A DNA stretch of 64,000 nt from Takakia lepidozioides. Taxonomy: Eukaryota > Plantae > Bryophyta. The translations under genes and the position numbers were made by a program. The stretch is from positions 50,282,001 through 50,346,000 of the forward strand of contig CM060733.1 in assembly GCA_030704615.1 (NCBI GenBank). The letters run 5' to 3'. The notes beneath the pieces were generated by a model. That model did no database searches. It was not told where the DNA came from and was given only the letters and a program-made list of their open reading frames with translations. Shown piece by piece: positions 25,151 to 37,354 of this stretch (positions are counted from its first letter, which is position 1; each line of letters begins with the position of its first letter).

Positions 25151-26993
25151 TTAGTAACCTCCATTGGGCAATGGAGGTTCAGTAAAATCCTATTACATGA
25201 TGGAAGATTAACTGAAGGAAAGAACGTCGTGCCACCGAAAGGAGAAACTTTAAGTATAACTTTTTCGACGGTTTTGAATGAGAAAAACAATATGGTTTGA
25301 AAAAGTAAAGTCAATGATTGGATCTACACTGGGACTGATGAAAAACAATTGGAATTAAAGTGGAGTATGAGGGCGGAGTATAGACTACATCTATCTGAAC
25401 TGTCAGATGAAGTCACAAATGCAACCTCCACTGGACAGTGGAGGTTGGATGATATCAGTTGATGAAATCAACCACATGGATGAATAATGGATAATGAAGA
25501 AGCCCTTTGTAGATGAAAAATTGATTCTATGGATGGATGAATAATAATGTGGCAACTGCCCAGTGGAGGTTTGGGAGTAACTTTAGACAAACAAAAGCAA
25601 GTTTAGTTGGTGCACATGGAGAGTACACAAAAAAATGAGTATCATACCATCCTACGTGAGAAATTTGCAGTTGACACCTAAGACTAAGGAAGCAGGGAGA
25701 GACTCAGAGGCTGCTTCAAAAGTACCCTATGGGCAGAGTGGTGCAGGACAGGCAAAGAGGTACACGTTGTCCAGAGAGGTGCAGGATGTCCAGAGAGGTG
25801 CATGAGAGAAAAGAAGCAAGTGAGAGGTTCACAGTGGGAAGTTGGTGTTGTGTGGAGTCGGACGTTATATAGAGGTGACAAGTAACTTTATCTTTGAATC
25901 GCTCCAATGGCAGTGTGGTATGCTTTCTCTCCCGGATCGATTGTGGCCACCGTGGATTAAGGCGGAATCGAACGGCTTATTTCAACTCGCGAAATCACGG
26001 CTTCATTGAAAGTGTGCACAATTTTCCATTTATTGACAGCAGCCATTGTCACATTAATTATGGAACAAATGATAACGGCCGTGATCATACTGAATTCTAT
26101 CGTACTTGTACGTTAGTAGGACTACATGTTTGGCATCATTATCGTGCGGCTCTGACAGCAGACTCTGGAATAAGCGTGAAGGATGTCGATTCTGACAAGT
26201 GGCCTGGAGAAATGAAGTCGGGCGGCTAATCGCCACAACTAATTCTGGACTGCACATTAACAATCGATCATTATAATTAGCTGGGAGGAATCCGGAGGTG
26301 AACCATAAAGCACTTTGAGATTGTTCTGTTTATATTTATCGTGCTGTTATAGTGAATAAAACACTTGGGCAGGGCGGGGCATCACATACCGGTGCATTGC
26401 ATTGGACAACGAGGGCGGTGCATTACAGGTGTGCGGAATGCTCTGTCGTGCCTTGCTTGCTTGCACATGTTTAATGTAGGGATGGACCCCTCGTGTCGGG
26501 TATCCCTCGATAAAATGGGCAGTCCCTATGGTGGCTCTGGATCTTGAATCGAGGAATGCCCGACACGAGGGGCCATCTACTATCCTTAAAACCGTATGTC
26601 ACATGGCACTTGCGGGTGTTGTCAGGGAATATTGACGCCTGGCGGCTAACAGCCGAAAGTGATTGTGGACGGCTCATAATGAGACAATGATTATAGAATG
26701 TGACGAATCCGTAGGTACAACGTTGTGTCCTTTGGCAGATTGAGTTCGAAACGACTGCTTAGGCATATCACGTGGGTGGTCACATGGGCGTTTGGGGCGT
26801 GGGTTAAGCTTTGGCGGCTTCGAATCTATTTTAAGATTTTTGTAAGCGTGAGGGTTGCAGAGTCTGACCAATGGCATCATTACAGTCATTTCGTCCTTTT
26901 TTCATTCGTTTGTCCGGTCGTCTGTCCCAACGTGTGTGCATTCGTCATTCAATTTGGAACAAAAGTTGAACTAATTTCATCTGTGTGGATGGA

Positions 26994-28920
26994 CAGCAGT
27001 TCTTCCAGGAGTTGCGGACGAACTACCAAGGCGTATGGACAGAGAAGCTGCGAAGTTTGCAAGACTTCCAGCGCAAATCCAGTGAGAGCTTGCGAGAGGC
27101 CTACACTCGTATGAGGCGCTTGATAAGTGTGACCCAAGGGGTTACTGAAGCTCAGGCAGTCCAGTTCTGGTATGAAATTTTGGTCAAGGAGCTCAAGAGA
27201 AGGGTGCGGGATGCAACCCTGTTACAAGTGGCCCAACCCACATTAGCAGATGTGTTTCTGCTGGCTGAGCCGACTGAGCTCAACATGGTGGAGGATCGAG
27301 TTGTTACCATTGGATTTGGCAAGGACATGCCTGCATGAGGTGCAGCTGCCAGCCAACAGGTACAAGGGACTGCCCAACAGCGTGGTCAGGGGGGCAAGGT
27401 GGCCCAACCCAAATTCCATGGAGCTTACAGGGGACCTCAGGTGCAGAGGCCAGTAGCATCTTTTGCAACCCAACAGCAACCAGGGGTGATATGTTGGACA
27501 CGTGGAAGACCTCATGTCAAGAAAGATTGCCCAGAGAGTGTCAAAAGGCCGGCACAAGCACAGCCTTCACAGTTGCAGTGTGGGCATTGTGGCAAGTATG
27601 GGCATGGAGATGCCCAGTGTTATGACTTGCACCCTGAGTTGCGGCAAGGCCAGTTCCAAGGGAACTATGGTACCCGAGGGCGAGGTGGAGCACCTTTGGA
27701 GTTGGTACCACCTGAGCTATGGCCATGGCAGCAAGCCTTTGCTCTAGCTGCTGAAGCCGGTTGGCCATACCTTGGTCAATGCCCTGACCTCCACGTCCTT
27801 GGCCATACTGTGCTTGCCCTCGTCCCACACCTCGTGCCTGACCACCTCGGGGTCCACCTCCTGTTCCTCCTCAGCAGCGTCATCCTGACGAAGGAGACAT
27901 GGGAGACATGGGATTTATGTGTGGGGCAACACTACCACTAGTGCAGGTGGAGTCTGCTGCAGCCGTCACTCGAGGAGCAGCACGAGTTCCTGAGCCACGA
28001 GGTGCAGAGGTGGAGTTGGATTCAGAACATGGGGAGGCAAGCCGTCAGGCTAGGTTGCCTCAATCATTCATCTTGGCGGAGACAGTGTCGATGACATCCA
28101 TGGCACCTAATTCTCGACCCACGGATACCGAGGCGGAGGTTATTGTGCCATTGGGAAGATCTACACGTGCAGCACTGACACCTGCTAACAAGGCTAGTGC
28201 AGCCAGTGTGTTGTTGGGGGCGGCCACCTCTGTGTGTCAGGCCCCACTGTTCTTGGCAACCATGATTGCAACGCCGGGGGTAAGACCAGCTGCAGTGTTC
28301 AGACTAGCAGCAATACTCTGTGAGAGTGGGGAGGTCACTTCATCTTCTGCGGAGTTAGTGGAAGGTGTAGTGGCAAAGGGATCCTTGGATTTGAGGGTCA
28401 AGACTGCCACGGCTACGCCATGACAAGCTGCAGCTGCCAGGTTGACGAAGCTGCCAGCTAGGCTAGCCTTTGAGCGCACCATGGTGACACCTAGAGTTGT
28501 CTTGTTAGACAACTAGGATGACATTTCTCTTTGAGTGGACCAGCAGGCAAGAGGTACCGGCCACTGCGGGTCTTGTTGGACTCGGGAGCTCAGCCACTAA
28601 TGTTGGGCAAAGCCACTATTGCAGGTTTGGGCCTCATGGAGGCGGATATGGAACCTTGTTCTTTCCAGATACAGACATCTCTGGGAGGATCAGAGCAGGC
28701 TCGGGGCATGACACGGCGTGAGTTGGCCATTAGACTACAGCCGGATCATCCTATAGATGGCTCAGTGATGCGAGCCAAGGTCATTATGACAGACGCGGTC
28801 TCTTTCGATGTCCTCGTTGGTGGGGAAGTGTTGTATCCCATGGGCTTCACCCTGGATTTTTGGGAGGAGTCAGCATCCTACAGGCCTGGATGGCAGTCAG
28901 GGGATGGTCGTCGTGTATAG
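26994..28920 (+). pseudogene. gag (Zn knuckles) plus aspartic protease
   Basis: FQRKSSESLREAYTRM; CGHCGKYGHGDAQC; RVLLDSGAQPLMLG...FDVLVG. Confidence 0.85.
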
Positions 28921-29289
28921 CTCTCTATGACGTTCATTGGGGGTGTTGTTGCTACCCAACGAGGCAAGATGCCAACACTAGCAGCCTTTACAGCTGCAGT
29001 TAGTTGGCCTGGAGAGTTGCTGGAGGGCAATGCCCATGCAGAGGATGTGCCACCTCCAGCAGAGCAGGATGACATGCATGGTACGGCAGAGTTGCCTGCC
29101 ATGGTTGCTCACACTTCATTGTGGGGTACGAGCAAGGATTTGCAGCAGGCTGCTGATAGACGGGTGCAACAATCCTGGGTAGAGGCCTTTGTACCATCAG
29201 GAGAGGAGGAGAGTGCGGTGATTGCACCAGGACCACCTCAATTGTCGCCATTGGACACCACACCTCTTGTGTGGCAGTGCCCGGATGAA

Positions 29290-30230
29290 GACATATGCCT
29301 TCTGGACTTGTTTGGCGGGATTAGCACTGGATTGGCTGCAGTGCTGCAGGCAGGTGTACGAGTTCAACGTTACCTATATGTGGAGAGGGATGAGACTGCA
29401 CGATGCATCTCACTGCGCCATGTTGCTTAGTTGGTGCAGCAGTACCCTGATTTGTTGCCAGTGTCTGCAGTTCGTGGATACCAACAAGCCTTGCCAGCAG
29501 ACATCTCCTTGCTGGAGGCGCTTGATTTGGAGCGGGTTGGCCCTATTCACTTAGTAGTGGCAGGTTGGCCCTGCCAGGGGCTTTCATCAGCTAGGTATGG
29601 CAATGGGTTACAAGACTCAAGGTCACGCCTGTTTTGGGAGATGTTGAGGGTCCTGGCTATTTATAGCTTCAGCAGACAGACTCTCCGGCATATATCTTGG
29701 AGAATGTGCCATTGATGGGTGATTCTCGGGCCAAGGTGATGGCCAGTGTACATCAAGTGCGGTCTTGGCTTGGGTGGATGCAGCTGCAGTGGGGTCACGG
29801 GCTCATCGCCCACGACTATGGTGGACCAACTTGATGCCACCTGCATTGTTCAAGCGTGCATTTGATGGGGTGCAGCGGCCACCAAACCTGACGATGGATA
29901 GCATTTTGGACATAGGGAGGCAGTCTCAGCGTGTGAGACACGATGACCGATCACCTTTGGCAGTGGTCAATAAGGTGGGTCACCCACGAGCAGCATTGCC
30001 TACACTGCTCAGCTTTCCAGGATCTCATGCTTTCCGGGATGGTGGACCTGGCCTCTTGTGGGATAGCCAGTTGCAGCAGTTAGTGGAGCCCAATGCTGAC
30101 GAGCGCGAGCAGGCAATGGGTTTTACCACTGGTACCACGGCGGTGCCATCTCTTTCTGAGGCATCACGTCATCAGGTGTTGGGGCAAGCCATGGATCTCA
30201 ATTGCTTGACCTGGATTATCAGCTTGGCTA
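29290..30230 (+). pseudogene. DNMT3-like cytosine-5 DNA methyltransferase domain within the retrotransposon polyprotein
   Basis: Motif I LLDLFGGISTG, II RYLYVE, IV LVVAGWPCQGLS, VI AYILENVP (~29690-29710, shifted frame), VIII VDAAAVGSRAHRPRLWWTN, IX EREQAMGF, X RHQVLGQAMD. One stop (29428) and frameshifts. Confidence 0.92.
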
Positions 30231-30619
30231 TGGTTGAGCAGCGCAGAGTATGCAGTATACTTCCCTTGATAGTCTCTCTGCCTACCGAGATGGTACAGGC
30301 AGCGAGTGGGGGCGAACAGGTGAGGACCACAAGGTGAAGGCCGCATCCATAGCACATGTGGGAGGTGCTCGAGGTTCTGAAGGAGTTGGCAGCCAAGGCG
30401 GCGGTGATGGATGAGGTTGGGGAGTTTCTCGGGTTGAGGAAGTCCTTAAGGATGGGATGATGGGGCAGGATGAGACATTGTCACTGACAGAGCAGGTAGT
30501 GGTCACTGCTCAAGAGGTTGCAGCATAGCAACCACGGGACGCGTCTTCCACCTCTAAGCCTGCTGGACTCAAGGTTGCAGTCACAGAGGACAACTGGGAG
30601 CCTGATGTTGGACCCATAG

Positions 30620-32990
30620 TCACCAGAGAGACGACGTATACGGCGGTTCTTGAGGGCTTACAGGAATTGCTTTGTCTTCAGTTTGAAGGACTTGGGAGCA
30701 CTGAAGGGTCAAGAGATTCGCATTGAATTGGCCACTGACACGCCAATCTTTCGGAGACCCTATAGATAAAGTGACATGGAGAGGTCCTTGATTCAGATGA
30801 GGACTCAGGACCTCTGGGAGGCTGGTTTGGTGGAGCTATCTGGTGGAGAGTATGCTTCAGCCACAGTGACACCAGCCAAGAAGGATGTCTATGGCAATTG
30901 GACGCAGAGACGTATGTGCGGTGATTACCGGCCTGTAAATTGTCAGACCAAGTCCGATAGATATGCCATGCCAACACCAGATGAGATCTTTGATGCCATT
31001 GGGCATGCCAAGGTCTTTAGCACTTTGGATTTACGATCCGGATATCACCAGTTGCCAATCAAGGAGGCGGATAAGCAGAAGACGACATTTTGGGGGATCA
31101 ATGAGCACGGGAAGGATTGCCTATACCAGTGGCGGTTCTTACCATTTGGGCTTAAGAACGCTCCTGTAGAGTTTCAGAGAGTCATGGACAGGATTCTAGC
31201 AGGATTGGAGTTTGCTCGGTGCTACATAGATGACATCATCATCTTTAGTGCTACGGTGGAGGAGCATGAGAGACACCTTGAGGTGGTATTTGAGTGCTTT
31301 AGAGCGCACGGATTGAAGTTACATCCGGGGAAGTGCAAGTTTTTCCACAACCAGATTGAGTATATGGGTCACATGATATATCCTGGAGGATTGGGGGTAC
31401 AGCAGACTAAAGTAGAGGCCATTGCACAGATTCCACGCCCCACGGATGTGAGCCGAGTTCGAGCTTTCATGGGGTTGGCAAACTATTATAGACGGTTTGT
31501 CAAGGGATTTAGTGCCATTGCAAAGGCTCTAACCAAGCTGACCAAGGTGGACCAGGAGTGGCAGTGGGAAGATGAGGTGGAACGAGCTTTCCAAGAGCTC
31601 AAGGCGAGGTTGACCTCAGCGCCCATCTTGAGATGACCTATCAGGGGGCGTCCTTTTCAGGTGCATACAGATTGGAGCATGTTGGGGCTTGGAGCAGTGC
31701 TCACACAGGTGGATGATGAGGGAAGAGAGTTCGTAGTGGCTTATCCCAGTCGCTCGAACAACGCTGCAGAGGCTAAGTATAGCTCATATGAGGGAGAGTG
31801 CTTAGCTACAGTGTGGGCTGTGGCACACTTCAGGTGTTATCTATATGGCAATCTCTTCACCCTGGTCACGGATCACCAACCACTCAAGTGGTTGATGGAG
31901 TCAGACAAGCTTACGGGGAAGCTTGCACGGTGGGCACTCATACTTCAAATCTATCAAGGGAATTGTGCCTGTACTTCTGTTTACCAACTTTGAAAGTCTC
32001 GAGGCTGAGCCAAAAGCCCAGGCCCTCCTAAGGCCTAGTTTGGGCAAATCACACACAACAGATTGATGCTTGTGTGAAGGGATTTCTAGAGGATATCTGG
32101 AAAACCCGGATTAATTCTATATATGAAGGTAAGTCTTACTACCAACGTCAACCCCTGACAGAGGTAGGTTCTGTCCCTTTTGTTTCCGCTCAAATTGGGC
32201 GCGGGTCAATGGCCACAAGGCTACGGCAAACAACGTCTTATGAGTACAATCTCTCTCTCTCTCTCTACGGCAAACAACATCCTATGAGTACAGTCTCTTC
32301 TTTGGCCACAAGGCTATGGCGAACATCTTATGTGTACACTCTTTTGTCTCTCTTTGTTCTTTGGCTGTTGTGGTTGTGCTGTGCTCCCTCCACTTGTGTC
32401 CCTAGGGGCCATTGGTCTTCCTGTGGGCACTAAATTTCCTTCCGTCATCTTTCTTTTGTCCTTTCTTCCTTTCTGTGTCAGAGAGTACGTGATACTTTTT
32501 TCTCTTTATGAATGTTTAGGCAGGAACTTACCAAGCCCATCAGAGCTCTAGTATTTGGAAGTATAGGCTTCTAGACTTGCTTCTTGAACTTCCATTGATA
32601 CTTTCCGGGTTTCAGTAGGTTGTCTATTTCTATTCCATTTGTTGAATAGAGTAATTCAGCTCAGAAGTGGTTAGTTGCTTTAGTTAGCAATTAACAAGGC
32701 TGGTTAGGAGTTTTGTTAGCAGTAAAACAAGGAAGGTTTTTGACCACCGAGAGATGTCTTCTCGGTTATATATGTGTGTGTGTGACAATTTAGGTCTGCA
32801 CGTAATGAAGTGTTCGTTTGTCTTCATTCTATGTTCCTGTGTCCTGGTCTGAGAGAGGTCTAAGCAAAGAGAGACTGAGCTTAGAGAGGAGAGGAACCTT
32901 GAAGGTTCAACTTCAAGGAGTATGACTTTCAGGTTGTGCATCGACCGGGTTTGGTCAATCGGGATGCGGATGGGTTGAGTCGCAATCCAT
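30620..32990 (+). pseudogene. Reverse transcriptase plus RNase H (interrupted by a ~960-bp insertion)
   Basis: RMCGDYRPVN, LDLRSGYHQ, PFGLKNAP, YIDD; HTDWS..GLGAVL, YEGECLA, TDHQPL; RWALILQ|EYDFQVVHRPG...ADGLSR. Confidence 0.93.
31949..32909. mobile_element. Unclassified insertion inside RNase H
   Basis: Splits WALILQ from EYDFQV. Flanked by the direct repeat ACTTCAA (31942-31948, 32910-32916). Confidence 0.7.
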
Positions 32991-33339
32991 GCACGAGCCA
33001 GCAGGATGACACTAGAGCTCGGTGGCATGGTGAGACGGACAAGGAGATGGTGTCTGGATGGCATGCATCTGCATTTCTTTGTATCTTGGCAGCGGAAGCC
33101 CAGGTTGGACCTACAACAGGGATGACTGTAGACCGAGTGTTTGAGGACCCTGAGGCCAGCCATGAGCAAGGTGGTACCAAAGATATACATGAGGATTCAG
33201 CTGTGTTGGACTATCTCCGCACTGGGGGCACGGCAGCCACTGTGACTGCCAAGGAGAGGGATCGGATCCTACAACGAGCCAAGAGGTTCAAGTGGGAGGG
33301 GACACAGCTGCTCCGAGTGTGGGAAGATGGTCGAGTGAG

Positions 33340-34626
33340 GATTGTGCCTCAACCAACCCAACGGGCACGGTTAGTGCGGCATGCCCATGAGGACTTGGGG
33401 CATTTTGGGGTGCGACGCACTCATAGTCTACTGCAGGGGCAGTATTGGTGGCGTGGTATGCACACAGAGGTGCAACAATTTGTGACTAGGTACATGGTGT
33501 GTGACAGGGTGCGTGCTTCATTCAACGCCCTTACTCCACAATTGCACCCGCTTCCAATCATGGGATTGGGCTACAGGTGGAGTCTTGACTTCGCAGGGCC
33601 GTTGCCACTGACCATGCACCACAACAAGTACGTGTTGGTGATGGTGGAGCACTTCTCCAAGTGGATCGAGTTGGTTCCATTGCCTGATAAGGCTAGTGAG
33701 AGAGCTGCGTATGCATTCTTGGATTGTGTACTTAGCCGATTCGGTGCTCCAGTTGAGGTACTCATGGACCAAGGGAGAGAGTTCTTGGGGGAGTTTCAAG
33801 CGTTGTGTGACAAGGCCTTGGTAGACCACCGCACCACTTCTCGGGATCATCCTGAGGCCGATGGCTTGGCAAAGAGGGTTGTTCAGACAGTGAAGAGGGG
33901 TTTGCGCAAGTATGGCTTGTAGAAGGGACACCTAGGAGATTGGGACCTTCAGTTACCTTGGTTAGCCATGGGCTACAGGTTCAGCGAGCAAGCATCACTT
34001 GCCTCCTTCTCACATACTTTCTTCTCTTTGGCCGAGAGCCGGATTTGCCTGCATCCATTCGTAGAGAAGCTGCTACAGTTCTCAACCTTGACGATCCGGA
34101 CATGTGAGCACGTGCATGTGATCAACGTGCACAGTTGTTCAAGAAAGTCATGTCCATGGCTTTCGAGAACCTTGCCATTGCACAACATCATGATACGTTG
34201 AGGTATGCTACCATACGTGGTGGGGGCTATCGTCCTGGGGTTCGGAGATTTAACCCTGGTGACTATGTTTATTTGCAGCAGACTGCTCCTACAACCTTGG
34301 ATGTGACTGCAAGACGTACTATTTTGAGGGTTCGAGAGGTGTTGCTATCAGGAGTCCTGATCTTGGAGGGTCGGGATGGCATGATTTGGAAGGACCATGT
34401 GCGTAATTGCGTGCCATATCACCTTCCAAATGTTGATGGAAGGGTTGACCCAAACTTGGCAGTGGTACCTGCAAGTTTGAGGTGCATGTTGTGTGGGTTT
34501 GCTAGAGGGGCAGCCACCATGCTGGTGTGTGATCAATGCTCTAGAGGTTGGCATATGGGATGCTTGAGTCCACCTCTTGAGATGGTTCCTGATGGGAATT
34601 GGTTATGTCTGCATTGCATTGAATAG
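33340..34626 (+). pseudogene. Integrase with C-terminal PHD finger
   Basis: HAHEDLGHFG...VCDR; WSLDFAGPL, MDQGREF, ADGLAKR. PHD CMLC...MLVCDQCSRGWHMGCLSPPL..VPDGNWLCLHC at ~34480-34620. Confidence 0.92.
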
Positions 34627-35065
34627 TAGGAGTGGATACAACCATGGAAGGCTAACAAGAAATGCAAGGCCAAGCTACTAGGAGACCAACACACGAGATC
34701 CTGACTCAAGTTCATAGATTGCAAGACGACGACTAACGATGGGGTTGCTCTTGTACCCGGCCTCTTGGTCTATAGAGTTTGAGTACAATAGGGACAGTGA
34801 TAGAGGACTTAGTACGGCTGTGGCTATTACATCTTGTAGCTATCTAGAGTTAGAGGGACCTAACCACCAGCTAGGGGGGCGATTGTGGCAGACTACTTTA
34901 TTGTGCATATATGTGTGGTGTGGTTTGGACAACGATGTAGTTGTGTAGCGATACATATGCACGCGATAGAAATGCCAATGGCTTGTGAAGATGACGACCA
35001 ATCGCAGTGCCTAAAGCTCCCTGGCAAATCACTTGGGAAATGATCCCCACACACTTCAATCATTC

Positions 35066-35878
35066 TCATCCAACAAAAACATTGGTCCCTTGAAAAGTTG
35101 GTCCTGCGACAAGCGGGAAAAACCAATTGCGTAGTCTCTGCCTAAGGGCATGGCCAACAAAGCTAGAAATGACCAATGTGTACACCATGGCCCAACCATA
35201 ATCAGAGGGAAGAACTTCCATGATATCTATCACCTGCATGACTTGACGAATCCTTGCTGACTCCACTTTATTATCGTGAAAGGCACATGGCGCACCGTAA
35301 TTGGCCCCGGTAGGAGGCTCTCTAGCAACATAAGAGAAATTGGTGCCTAGGTCAGGTCTAGGAAGTAGTGGAGAATGTGCAAGACGAAAGCCAATGTCCT
35401 CCAACTTGCCAATCTTCTGCACGCAAATGAGAAAGAGGTTTTCGCCTTCACTAGTCAAACGTTAGGTGGGAGCGGCTTCATTATTACAGAGTCACGGACC
35501 ATTCCATTCAAATATCAAGCAACATCACCTACACAGAACCAAAATTTGTGAACCCGACTCTCTTGTCCCATATGATCGAAACAATCATGTGAACGTAGGA
35601 GCATTAATAGTGCCACCAGAGACTTTGATTATCTTCGAGGTATGTTTGACAAAAGTATTTGCGTGGATTGCTATACATTCCATTGATCTAGACCCAATTG
35701 TTGTGCACTCTATGTGCCATTCATAGTCACTACATACAGACTCTTGCACAGCCGCCACCATGTCATCCACACGACATGGAACTGCAATGGTGAGAGATGG
35801 CGAAGAAAAGGGTTGGCTACAAGAGGATCCAGCAGCAAATGTACTAGCACTAGATGACACTGTGTGGAGTGGTGACAT
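35066..35878 (-). pseudogene. Degraded ORF fragments of unknown, probably TE-associated, protein
   Basis: Protein-like stretches (YEWHIE...CIAIHA...KII...APTFT; PRPDLGTNFS) in the same orientation. Family not recognised. Confidence 0.3.
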
Positions 35879-35989
35879 TCGAGGAACAGAGAAGTTGTCT
35901 CTGTCAGGACGATGAGAATGTCATCTGAACTTGGAGTGGCATTGAGCTTCTGTTTGCATGAACAAAACATCTCTTCACCTTCTAGACCG

Positions 35990-36700
35990 CACTAGTACAA
36001 AAAACGGGTTTCATGACACTTTTTTTGACTGTTTTCATGACTCTTTTGGTCATTTTGACTCATTTTTTACTCTTTTGCAAAGACTCATGCAGACCGTGTC
36101 ATTACGATGACTCTAATATCCGCGTCGTGAATATGACTCTGGGTGATATCCCCTTGTGAGCAAGATACATGACCCTGGATTTCGTCACGTCCGTGACTAT
36201 TTTCTAGCAACACGCGGCTCTCCCCGGATTGCGACGTGTCAATTTCAGATGATGATAGGTGTAGGGACGACGTTATCTTGCACGCATGCCACAACGGGCC
36301 ACGTGTTCACGTTGAGCGATACCACGTGTTGAAATCTAGCAACCTGACTGTGGATACGTTCGTGCCTAGACACGTGGCGCTCTTTGTATGGTATCAGGTA
36401 AGAGTGGGAAATTATCCTGGTCACACTAAAAGAGAAACCGGCTTTTTCCACGGCTCTGCCATCTCACACCTGGCACATTCCATGGGTTTTATCACGGGTC
36501 TGTACACTGAGCCAAGGTGTGGGTCTAAATATGCCCTAACTGTGGGGTGTCTCACATGTGGTCCACACCCCAGGCAGGAACGGTGTGAAAACAGCCTTGA
36601 GCGTGGCAGGGGTTTGGCTTGGTTTACATGGCATGTTACACACCTGTGTGAAATGGGAACATACAATTATTTCCACTGATTGTGGTGTATGGGGAGTTTG
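35990..36700 (+). mobile_element. CACTA element left end (partner end not found)
   Basis: CACTAGTACAAAAAA at 35990, followed by TCATGAC/TTTGAC subterminal repeats. Confidence 0.6.
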
Positions 36701-37354
36701 AGAATGATGCCCTTAGAAAATGATTATGAACTTCATGTTCATGTTTAGAAATCTACACGATGGGCTACTAGCAAGTGAAGAATCACCCCCTGCTACACCC
36801 CATTTTCAATCTCTACATTATGAAGTCTATAATGCCCTTGGTGAAATGAGCATAGGGATCGCATTCAAAGGTGGCCCCGTTCCGTTGCAACTATGACACA
36901 ACTAGGACAAATAGGCATAGGCATGATTTACACTTTTTGCCACAAATCACTTGCATCATCCTTACGTTGAACTCCTTGTTTATGTGACATGCTTGGACTT
37001 TGTCATCTCACACATCAAAGAAAAAACCAGAATATTTCGAAAAAATCCTAACCTAAATTTACTAACAAGTGTTCAAACCAGCCCAATGGTAATATATTTT
37101 ATTACCATTATCAAATGTTTGTCTACGTGGTGTTTTGGTTTTCTAGATAAGTCTGGTAGCAGGATTTTAGCCTCTGACCTAGAATGAATCAAAGTGCAAA
37201 AGGTTAAAAAGTCAAAAAGTTGCTAATAAGGTTGCCCATTAGGTTTAAAAAAGTTAAAAAATTGCTAATAAGGTTGCCTATTAGGGTAATCGTGAACACA
37301 GAGGAGGGTTGGGACTTGGCGTTTTTTTTTACTCCTGTGCCACACCATGTAGCC

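Larger units (their letters stand above)
12495..25571. repeat. Dispersed 24-bp palindrome AACCTCCACTG-NN-CAGTGGAGGTT, 11 copies
   Basis: Copies start at 12495, 13562, 14596, 17437, 18571, 19464, 19666, 23787, 25156, 25423, plus a partial copy at 25555. Confidence 0.92.
26994..34950 (+). mobile_element. Ty3/Gypsy LTR retrotransposon carrying a C5 DNA methyltransferase and a PHD finger (degraded)
   Basis: Order gag-PR-DNMT-RT-RH-INT-PHD. PPT-like AGGGGGGCGAT then TG at 34884, a probable truncated 3' LTR. Confidence 0.9.

Noticed and set aside
12495-25571. Palindromes as a CRISPR array
   Set aside because: Spacing ranges from ~0.1 to 4 kb, no cas genes, and the context is eukaryotic.
29290-30230. 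DNMT as a host gene or bacterial R-M contaminant
   Set aside because: It appears intronless, is colinear with protease and RT, shows the same decay pattern, and has no restriction-enzyme neighbour.
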